A stretch of 64,000 nucleotides of DNA from an uncultured Ruminococcus sp. (GTDB lineage: Bacteria; Bacillota; Clostridia; Oscillospirales; CAG-272), in NCBI GenBank assembly GCA_964634795.1, contig CAZWLL010000002.1, positions 5,836-69,835 on the forward strand, given 5' to 3'. The number at the start of each line of letters is the position of its first letter. The stretch's first letter is position 1. Position numbers and translations under genes: made by a program. The notes under the pieces were generated by a model. The model was not told the DNA's origin. It saw nothing but the letters and a program-made list of their open reading frames with translations, and ran no database searches. Shown here piece by piece: positions 57,162-64,000 of the stretch.

Positions 57162-57989
57162 ATGAAAAAAGCACTGAACGCATGGACTCTTGACGGCTCG
57201 CTCGACATGGAAGAATCCTTCAAAGCCGTTTCGGAAGCGGGATTTGACGCGATTGAGCTGAATGTAGACGCGCCGGGAGCCGCACACGGACTCTCTCTCG
57301 AAACAACAAAAGCCGATTATGCCGCAATACGAGCTTTATCCGAAAAATACCATATCCCCGTTGCCAGCATTTCAAGCTCTCTCTGGGGACCGAGAATGGG
57401 TATAGCGGCAAATCATAAAGCCGCTGAGGCTTTACTGTGGAAACAGGTGGAAGCCGCTAAGGAGCTTGGTGCAGACGGAATTTTAACTGTTCCGGGAGGC
57501 ATGGGCGGCGGCGTTACCATCGCGGATGTACGCCGTGATTCTTTGGCATTTTTAAAGGGTGTACGCACAGATGTCGAAAAGGAAGGAATTTTTGTCGGAC
57601 TCGAAAACGTATGGAACGGCTTTTTCCTTTCACCTTACGACATGGTATCAATGATTGACGAGATCGGTTCTCCGAAAATCGGTGCGTATCTGGATGTAGG
57701 CAATATGCTTGCGTTCTCAGTACCCGAATACTGGGTTGAAATACTCGGAAGCAGAATAGGAAAGGTTCATGTAAAGGATTACAAGCGTGCCGGCGGTTTA
57801 AACTCAGGCGGTACTTGGGAAGACGTCACACACGGCAGTGCCGACTGGAAGGCTATAATTCCCGCATTGCGTAAAGCAGGCTATGACGGATATTTGGTAG
57901 GCGAGGTATTTAAAGCCGATCCGAATATGGCATGGAGCGATTACTACAAGAAGGTTTGCGGCGAGCTTGCGACAATCTGCTCATATTGA
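57162..57989 (+). CDS. Xylose-isomerase-like TIM-barrel protein (sugar phosphate isomerase/epimerase family)
   Basis: Family pattern (GFDAIEL, GLENV, YLDVGN, HVKD). ATG at 57162 with AAGGAGG 9 nt upstream. Confidence 0.8.
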   Translation: MKKALNAWTLDGSLDMEESFKAVSEAGFDAIELNVDAPGAAHGLSLETTKADYAAIRALSEKYHIPVASISSSLWGPRMGIAANHKAAEALLWKQVEAAKELGADGILTVPGGMGGGVTIADVRRDSLAFLKGVRTDVEKEGIFVGLENVWNGFFLSPYDMVSMIDEIGSPKIGAYLDVGNMLAFSVPEYWVEILGSRIGKVHVKDYKRAGGLNSGGTWEDVTHGSADWKAIIPALRKAGYDGYLVGEVFKADPNMAWSDYYKKVCGELATICSY

Positions 57990-58099
57990 TTTCGCTTAAC
58001 CGCTTTTTTATAAGATTAATCTCAACACAATAAGCTGATTCAGGCTGTCTGACGGACAAGCCTATAATATAATTTCATGAAATTAAAGGAGAAAAAAGT

Positions 58100-59158
58100 A
58101 TGAAAAAACTCGCAATCATCGGATGCGGCGGCATAGGTACTTATCACCTCGGACACTTTTTACAGTTCACCGATATCGTTGAACTGGCAGGCTTCTGTGA
58201 TTTGATTCCCGAGCGTGCAGAAAGCTTTCAGGCTAAAGCAGGTACAGGCAAGGCGTATACTGACTACCGTGTAATGCTCGATGAAGTAAAACCTGACATG
58301 GTATTCGTATGCATTCCTCCGTACTGTCACGGTCAGGTCGAATTCGACCTTATAGAGCGCGGAATCCATTTCTTCGTTGAAAAGCCACTTGCTCTTGAGC
58401 TTGATCTCGCTCGTAAAATAAGAGATGCAGCTGCAGCAAAGGGTCTGATTACCGCAAGCGGATTCCAATGCCGCTATTCCAACCTCGTTGAACCGAACAA
58501 ACAGTTTGTGGCAAACAATCAGGTAATTATGATTGAATGCTCTCGTATAGGCGGAGTTCCCGATCAGCCGTGGTGGCGTCACAAGGATCTCTCAGGCGGT
58601 CAGGCAGCAGAGCAAACAATTCACCAGTTTGACATTATCCGTTATATGATCGGCGATCCCGAGGAAGTATTCTCTTTTGCTAATCGCGGTTATATTTCCG
58701 ATAAAGAATGGCCCGGTTACGACACAGATGACCTTTCCACAACAGTTGTTAAATTCAAAAACGGTATTCTTGCAACAATCTCCACAGGCTGCTACGCAAC
58801 ATCAGGCAACAGCTTCGACTCTAAGATTACATTCAGTACACGTGACAAGAGAGCTGAGCTCAAAATTCTCGACACATTCAAAATGTACGGAGAAAAGCCT
58901 GCCGAGACAAAAGACAGCAAGGACGGCTTTGTAATCAAAGGTGACGGCGCTCTCTCTGCAGGAGGCGATGCAATCGTATACCATCAGGAAGGTGACGCAG
59001 GTATTCTCTGCGACCGTACGTTCATTGAAGCTGTTATTTCAGGTGACGGCTCCAAGATTCGTTCTCCTTATGCCGATGCATTCAAATCAGTAAGCTTTAC
59101 GCTTGCATGCAACGAATCCATGGCAACAGGCAAGCCTGTAAAGGTAGAACTCGAATAA
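58100..59158 (+). CDS. Gfo/Idh/MocA family oxidoreductase
   Basis: KLAIIGCGGIGTYH Rossmann motif and EKP motif (VEKPLA). Confidence 0.85.
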   Translation: MKKLAIIGCGGIGTYHLGHFLQFTDIVELAGFCDLIPERAESFQAKAGTGKAYTDYRVMLDEVKPDMVFVCIPPYCHGQVEFDLIERGIHFFVEKPLALELDLARKIRDAAAAKGLITASGFQCRYSNLVEPNKQFVANNQVIMIECSRIGGVPDQPWWRHKDLSGGQAAEQTIHQFDIIRYMIGDPEEVFSFANRGYISDKEWPGYDTDDLSTTVVKFKNGILATISTGCYATSGNSFDSKITFSTRDKRAELKILDTFKMYGEKPAETKDSKDGFVIKGDGALSAGGDAIVYHQEGDAGILCDRTFIEAVISGDGSKIRSPYADAFKSVSFTLACNESMATGKPVKVELE

Positions 59159-59180
59159 AAATACAAACATACACTATATG

Positions 59181-59208
59181 AAAACCGCACCCTTTTGGGT
59201 GCGGTTTT
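59181..59208. terminator. Bidirectional intrinsic terminator
   Basis: AAAACCGCACCC-TTTT-GGGTGCGGTTTT between convergent genes. Confidence 0.8.
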
Positions 59209-59223
59209 CTGTCTTCTATATAA

Positions 59224-60780
59224 TTATTTTGCTGCGCCTATAAACGGTGTCTCGACCTTATGTCCGAAAAAGTCTATTCCTCCGTTCTGCGGTATATCCT
59301 CTCCTCGGCATGCACAGGGCGAGTTATCTGCGAGGCGGTAATCTGACGGAACTGTGTTAAGGCGATTTTTATCGGGATTGACAAAACCTGGATCACCTAC
59401 GACGGCTTCGGTATCGTTCGGAACATTAACATTTACGTAGCAGTTTGAGCGATACTCTGCGCCTTCCTTCCACTCGATTTCCGTCGGAACACGGAATGCG
59501 AAAATATTGTTTACGAAAGTCCATTTATGACAATCATAAGGGCCGCGGAACGGACTGATATCCTCAGTGCCCATATAAAATGTATTATTATAGAAATAAG
59601 AGCCTTCATTTTCGTGAATCCAGATCAAACCGTTGCGGTCATTTTGGCTGATGTTATAACGTATCACATTATTCCATGTGAAATTCATTAGCAGCAGGAA
59701 TCCGCCTTCGTTGTCGTGCGTGTAGTTATACTGAATTACAGTGTCATGGCATCCGAGATCGATGTCAAACGGCTGTCCGTCGGCAACACCGTGCGTATAA
59801 CAAACCTCGTTGTACTGAATTACGGTACCGTCCGCATTGTGCGGCCATACAGCGGCATTCGCTCCGATTCGCATTTCATAGCAAGCATTTTCCACGTAGT
59901 TGTGCTCAATCAATGCTCCGATTGTTGAGTTTATAACCATAGCGTCACCGGCTGTCCACGATATGCGGCATCCTCTCACAACCAAACCTGTGCTTCCCTT
60001 CCAAGGACCGACAGTGGTGTGATAGAAGTTGTGCGTTTTTGAGAGATCGCCGTAATAATCAACATCACAGTCTCTTCCGCCTGCCCACTGACTGAATACC
60101 GATATACCTGTTCTGTCAATACGTTCAATTACACAGTCTTCAATGAGTACGTCGTCAAAGTTGGTGGGTACAATACCCTGTGTCGGCGCGACGGTAAGGT
60201 CTGCACCTTCAGCACCGCTGCATGATACAAGAATACCTTCGGCGACAAAACGCTGCATTTCACCGTTAATGTCGTGTATGTCCAGTTTTCTCAGATAAAC
60301 ATGATGTCCTGTTCCGTAATTATCCCAGCGAATTAAAACTCCGTAACGATAACGGTTCTTGGGGGACGGAATCATAACATTACGTTCACCGCTAGGCGTA
60401 AAATATGTAAATCCCTGTTTGAAATACGGATTGTGATTTGTTATTTCTAAGTCTTCGATTTCCCAATAATCCTGATTGAACAGCAGTACGGCAGCACCGT
60501 CAACATACTTTCCCTCCGGCGTTCCGTGAGAACCGCCGCCGTCAATCAATGGCTTTTTTCCGTCTCCGTATCTTCCTATACGAATCGGATGCTCAGCCGT
60601 TCCGCTTCCTTTCGGCCACAGCTGTCCGTTATAGGTTCGATCGGAACAAAACAGAATTCTGTCTCCCGGTTCGAATACCGTTGAGTTTACTTTTTCAAGC
60701 GTACGCCACGGTGCAGTCGATGTCACTCCGGGGTTATTGTCACAACCGAGCAGTGAATCAATATAATATGTTCGGCTCAT
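59224..60780 (-). CDS. Right-handed parallel beta-helix (pectate-lyase superfamily) protein, no signal peptide
   Basis: N-terminus APWRTLEKVNSTVFEPGDRILFCSDRTYNGQLWPKGSGTAEHPIRIGRYGDGKKPLIDG is typical of beta-helix glycan-active enzymes. Repeated coil motifs are present. Confidence 0.6.
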   Translation of the reverse strand: MSRTYYIDSLLGCDNNPGVTSTAPWRTLEKVNSTVFEPGDRILFCSDRTYNGQLWPKGSGTAEHPIRIGRYGDGKKPLIDGGGSHGTPEGKYVDGAAVLLFNQDYWEIEDLEITNHNPYFKQGFTYFTPSGERNVMIPSPKNRYRYGVLIRWDNYGTGHHVYLRKLDIHDINGEMQRFVAEGILVSCSGAEGADLTVAPTQGIVPTNFDDVLIEDCVIERIDRTGISVFSQWAGGRDCDVDYYGDLSKTHNFYHTTVGPWKGSTGLVVRGCRISWTAGDAMVINSTIGALIEHNYVENACYEMRIGANAAVWPHNADGTVIQYNEVCYTHGVADGQPFDIDLGCHDTVIQYNYTHDNEGGFLLLMNFTWNNVIRYNISQNDRNGLIWIHENEGSYFYNNTFYMGTEDISPFRGPYDCHKWTFVNNIFAFRVPTEIEWKEGAEYRSNCYVNVNVPNDTEAVVGDPGFVNPDKNRLNTVPSDYRLADNSPCACRGEDIPQNGGIDFFGHKVETPFIGAAK

Positions 60781-61024
60781 ATGAAATACCTTTCTTAAAT
60801 AAAAATTGCTTTATGCAAAAGTATAACACTTCCGAGTGCGTTGTGCAATACTTTTTTCGATTAAAATTTTTATCGGCAAACGTGTGGTATTGATGATACA
60901 TATCACTTTCAGATTCCCTCGAAATTCAGCGTTTTTCTCAGACTCTTTCGGATTATATCGGTAAATCTCGAATCGTTAATACCGTCACAAGCTTATATAA
61001 CATTATCCTTCCGTAAAAACAAGA

Positions 61025-61062
61025 AATCCGAACCTTTAACCAATCGGTCTAAGGTTCGGATT
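61025..61062 (-). terminator. Intrinsic terminator downstream of ssrA
   Basis: Minus strand AATCCGAACCTT-14 nt-AAGGTTCGGATT followed by TCTTGTTTTT. Confidence 0.55.
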
Positions 61063-61074
61063 ATCATGCAATTC

Positions 61075-61449
61075 TGGAGACGAGGGGAATCGAACCCCTG
61101 TCCGAAAATCTATTCACACAACTTTCTCCGGGTGCAGACTGCCTATTGTATTTCCCGCACGAAACTCCGTCAGTCGGGATTCCCGTGTCGGTAGCCTTTT
61201 AATGCATGACGATTACAAAAGCAAAATCATCGTTCACGTTCGCCGCTGAATGATGCCGTGACCAAATATGGGTCACTCCCAATGGGGGACATTCCGGAGT
61301 CGCGGCATTCTCCGGACGGACAGCTGCACTTAGGCAGCGAGTGCTAATTCGTCGTTAGCGTTTAATTTTAAAATGAGGATTATTATAGAGATTCCCCATC
61401 TCTACCCGCTTATCGTACTTCAAAATCCCCGTCGAGACCATTACGTCCC
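61075..61449 (-). ncRNA. ssrA: tmRNA (SsrA), ~375 nt, CCA not encoded
   Basis: 5' GGGGACGUAAUGGUCUCGACGGGGA. 3' GGACAGGGGUUCGAUUCCCCUCGUCUCCA with T-loop UUCGAUU. The acceptor stem GGGGACG/CGUCUCC carries the G3:U wobble. An internal tag ORF is present, and smpB lies 0.7 kb away. Confidence 0.9.
61330..61359 (-). other. tmRNA tag-peptide reading frame (A)NDELALAA-stop
   Basis: GCU AAC GAC GAA UUA GCA CUC GCU GCC UAA; the canonical -ALAA C-terminus. Confidence 0.7.
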
Positions 61450-61523
61450 CACATAACCGCCGGTGCAGACTAAGATTCGCTTTGTTATGCAGCCTTAGTA
61501 TCTGCTCTTATCGGCGTTTATTT

Positions 61524-61552
61524 ATTATACTCTTTTTTGCGGTTTTATGCAA
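61524..61552 (-). promoter_or_regulatory. Candidate promoter of ssrA
   Basis: Minus strand TTGCAT-17 nt-TATAAT. It implies a ~65-75 nt 5' leader removed by processing. Confidence 0.5.
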
Positions 61553-61568
61553 TAGCTTTAATGATTTT

Positions 61569-62099
61569 TTAATCCTCGGGTGTACCGATTATATCGACAA
61601 CCTCGCTCATGGGGCGTCTCTCCCTCATCGGAGGTTCTTCTGTCGGTTCTCCTATTGCCACAACCGCAACAGGCGTGTATCTCTCATCATTGATATAGTC
61701 GCGGAAGCATTTGTCAGCATCAAAGGAGCCGATAAAGCATCCGGCGAGTCCCTCATCGGCTGCAGCCAGAAGCATGTTCTCTATAGCGCATGCGGTATCC
61801 TGGAGCGAGAATAAATTCTTTCCGCGCTCTCCCGCCATCTTTTCTATTCCCTCTCTGTCAGTCGAAACTATAATAACCGCTCCGCAATTTACTATCCAGC
61901 TGTTTCCCGTATATTCGGGAGAAAACTTTTTGATCACTTCTCTGTCACAAATTACAGTAAAATGCCATGACTGCTTGTTGCACGCACTCGGAGCATGCAC
62001 AGCTGCGTACATAATGTAATCGAGCTGTTTCTTTGTAATAGGTGCTCCGGTATATGAACGGCAGCTTCTCCTTTTGTCAAGCAATGTTGAAAATTCCAT
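61569..62099 (-). CDS. Nitroreductase family (FMN-dependent) protein
   Basis: LLDKRRSCRSY, AVHAPSACNKQSWHF family motifs. Confidence 0.85.
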   Translation of the reverse strand: MEFSTLLDKRRSCRSYTGAPITKKQLDYIMYAAVHAPSACNKQSWHFTVICDREVIKKFSPEYTGNSWIVNCGAVIIVSTDREGIEKMAGERGKNLFSLQDTACAIENMLLAAADEGLAGCFIGSFDADKCFRDYINDERYTPVAVVAIGEPTEEPPMRERRPMSEVVDIIGTPED

Positions 62100-62160
62100 A
62101 TTAATCCTCCTCTTATGTATTTTGATAGTCCGTAGTTTTATGGCAGTGCTTCTTTAAGCT

Positions 62161-62646
62161 TTAATCGTCATAGTCGCGTCTGCTTTTTGATTTTGTCATG
62201 CGTTCGATTTCTCTTCCCGCTTCGGCTTTCGCATCTGACTCGCGCTTATCCCACAGCTTTTTACCTTTGCACAGTCCTACCTCAACCTTCACATTCGAAC
62301 CAGAAAAGTACATGGAAAGCGGAACAAGCGTATAACTGTCACGTGTTGTATACTGAAATAACTTTAATATCTCTTTTTTATGCATTAAAAGTTTCTTTTC
62401 ACGCAAAGGATCACGATTAAATATATTACCTTTTTCATATGGGGAAATATGTATACCCAGCGCGTATAATTCGCCGTTCTTTACACTGCAATACGAATCC
62501 TTGAGATTAACCTGTCCTGCTCTGACACTCTTAACTTCAGTGCCGAAAAGTGCTATACCTGCTTCGTAAGTATCCTCTATAAAATAATCATGTCTTGCTT
62601 TTCTGTTTACGGCAATGATTTTCTTGCCGTTTTTTTCATTTGGCAT
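62161..62646 (-). CDS. smpB: SsrA-binding protein
   Basis: [27 protein letters not shown] and the basic C-terminal tail. Confidence 0.95.
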   Translation of the reverse strand: MPNEKNGKKIIAVNRKARHDYFIEDTYEAGIALFGTEVKSVRAGQVNLKDSYCSVKNGELYALGIHISPYEKGNIFNRDPLREKKLLMHKKEILKLFQYTTRDSYTLVPLSMYFSGSNVKVEVGLCKGKKLWDKRESDAKAEAGREIERMTKSKSRRDYDD

Positions 62647-62664
62647 TTTATCACCTCAGTTAAT

Positions 62665-63681
62665 TTACAGCTTCATGTAGCCGTCCTTGATCCAGCCGAT
62701 TTTACGCAGAATTTCGTTGAATATTATCGATAAAACCGCAGGCAGAACCACGCACAAAAGCACAATTCCTATCCATGTCACAGGAGATGTTCCCGTATCA
62801 GCGATTATGCCTATCGGTCCGACAAGACCGCATGTGCCCATACCTGCGGATACTCCGCTGCACTCGAGCTTAAATACCATAGTCGAAATCGGACCGCATA
62901 CTGCTGACGCAAGCGTAGGTGCTATCCAAATCTGCGGATGTCTGCATATGTTGCCCATCTGCAGCATTGATGTACCGAGCCCCTGTGAGACGACACCGCC
63001 CCATCCGTTCTCTCGAAAGCTGCAGGCCGCAAATCCAACCATTTGACAGCAGCATCCAACTGCCGCCGCACCGCCTGCTATTCCAGAAATGGATATCATC
63101 GCACACAAAGCCGCCGATGATATAGGCAATGTAAGAACTACACCTACAATTACCGAAACGACAATTCCCATAAGGAACGGCTGATACATGGTTGCGGTGT
63201 TTACATAGTCACCAAGGTAGTACATCAAATAAGCTATACCGGGGCAGACCAGCTTCGACACAAGCATTCCGACAAGTATTGTCACAGAAGGAGTTACTAA
63301 AATATCAACCTTGGTTTTCTTTGATACAAGCCTTGCTACCTCAGCCGCGGCAATTACCGCGACAAACGAACCTGCAGGCCCTGCAGTGACAGTTAACTCG
63401 CCTATTGTAGTTCCGAGTGAGTAGCCTGCATATCCGACAGCGGCACATGAAAACAAAACGAGCGGATCAGCTTTAAGCGAATATGCTATCGCAACTCCTA
63501 TAGCCATTCCCGCAGATGCAGAAGCAATTTTATTGATTTCCGTAAAGAATTCAAGATGTGTATATTTTCCGATTGTGTTAAAGATAGTGCCGATGAGCAG
63601 TGAAGCAAACAAGCCTAATGCCATTGCTCCCATCGCGTCTATAAAGTATCTTTTTAAATAGGTTTTAATTTTATTCTTCAT
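62665..63681 (-). CDS. PTS EIIC-like (PTS_EIIC_2-type) integral membrane permease, stand-alone
   Basis: 338 aa, about 10 TM helices, Gly/Ala-rich with a Cys-rich segment (AAAVGCCCQMVGFAAC). No EIIA/EIIB gene is adjacent. Confidence 0.5.
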   Translation of the reverse strand: MKNKIKTYLKRYFIDAMGAMALGLFASLLIGTIFNTIGKYTHLEFFTEINKIASASAGMAIGVAIAYSLKADPLVLFSCAAVGYAGYSLGTTIGELTVTAGPAGSFVAVIAAAEVARLVSKKTKVDILVTPSVTILVGMLVSKLVCPGIAYLMYYLGDYVNTATMYQPFLMGIVVSVIVGVVLTLPISSAALCAMISISGIAGGAAAVGCCCQMVGFAACSFRENGWGGVVSQGLGTSMLQMGNICRHPQIWIAPTLASAVCGPISTMVFKLECSGVSAGMGTCGLVGPIGIIADTGTSPVTWIGIVLLCVVLPAVLSIIFNEILRKIGWIKDGYMKL

Positions 63682-63836
63682 GATATTTCAGACATCTCCT
63701 GTTGAAATTATTGACAATTTCATCAGAGACGCTCCCTGTTGTCTTAAAATTTTAGCGCATAGCGAATATTGAATCGAAAAATGTAATATGGTATAATACT
63801 TGTATCAAATTATTAATGTTATACAAAAGGTATGCC

Positions 63837-64000
63837 ATGGTAAAAACAAATGCAATGCGCCTACTCGACAGCGCAGGTATAAAATATGATCTTTCGTCAT
63901 ATGAAGTCGACGAAAGCGACCTTTCGGGAATTCACGGTGCTCAATTACTCGGAATCGACCCCGACTGTATGTTTAAAACCCTTGTATGTGTCGATGACAA
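63837..64000 (+). CDS. ybaK: Cys-tRNA(Pro)/Cys-tRNA(Cys) deacylase YbaK (N-terminal 54 aa; continues beyond the window)
   Basis: Manual translation MVKTNAMRLLDSAGIKYDLSSYEVDESDLSGIHGAQLLGIDPDCMFKTLVCVDD matches the YbaK/EbsC N-terminus. TATAAT at about 63792. Confidence 0.75.
   Translation, partial: MVKTNAMRLLDSAGIKYDLSSYEVDESDLSGIHGAQLLGIDPDCMFKTLVCVDD

Noticed and set aside
56105-61074. Genomic island integrated at the 3' end of ssrA.
   Set aside because: I found no integrase, recombinase or phage genes and no direct repeat of the tmRNA 3' end. The adjacent genes are ordinary sugar-metabolism genes.
1-64000. CRISPR arrays, rRNA/tRNA genes, IS elements and toxin-antitoxin or known defence cassettes.
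   Set aside because: I noticed no regularly spaced repeats, cloverleaf-like conserved tRNA ends (other than the tmRNA), transposase/integrase-like ORFs or nuclease/ATPase defence modules. The scan was by eye, so small elements cannot be excluded without tRNAscan, Infernal or repeat finders.

Overview
This 64-kb chromosomal segment looks like a low-GC Firmicute of the Clostridia type. That call is an inference from protein families, RBS usage and gene order; no marker gene allows a firm assignment. I recognise about 58 protein-coding genes plus one tmRNA. By eye I found no rRNA, tRNA, CRISPR array, transposase or integrase. Left to right the window contains: an SPFH/RHH gene pair; a six-gene corrinoid-dependent methyltransferase cluster (corrinoid protein, one MtaA-like and two other URO-D-family methyltransferases, RACo activase, DUF2284); a cytoplasmic beta-helix protein; a long housekeeping run on the minus strand (S4 protein, mazG, hemZ, dtd, relA, recJ, rseC-like, FAD protein, cdaR, cdaA); an Fe-ADH/glycerol-1-phosphate-dehydrogenase-like gene; the argCJBDF operon; a Gfo/Idh/MocA oxidoreductase; a DUF3298-type lipoprotein; an unusual five-gene operon; ttcA, trmD and rimM; a sialidase-fold/DHDPS-family pair; pnuC with a structured leader; an asnB/ATP-grasp/racemase/murE cassette predicted to build an amidated D-Asp peptidoglycan cross-bridge; a divergent ThyX-fold gene, hslO, a GxGYxYP protein, LysR, a split chrA pair and an HD protein; an AraC + TIM-barrel + Gfo/Idh/MocA + beta-helix sugar locus; ssrA (tmRNA), a nitroreductase, smpB, a PTS-EIIC-like permease and partial ybaK. 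The best candidate for an undescribed system is the five-gene operon at 31412-39148. It combines two MalFG-type permeases, a HlyD-type adaptor with a ~440-aa coiled coil, a MacB-periplasmic-domain-only protein and an 812-aa lipoprotein SBP fusion, with no ATPase. Secondary candidates are the corrinoid methyltransferase cluster with undefined donor and acceptor, the ThyX-fold protein lacking the RHR...S motif, and the pnuC leader. All family calls are by-eye motif recognition and need profile or structure searches.
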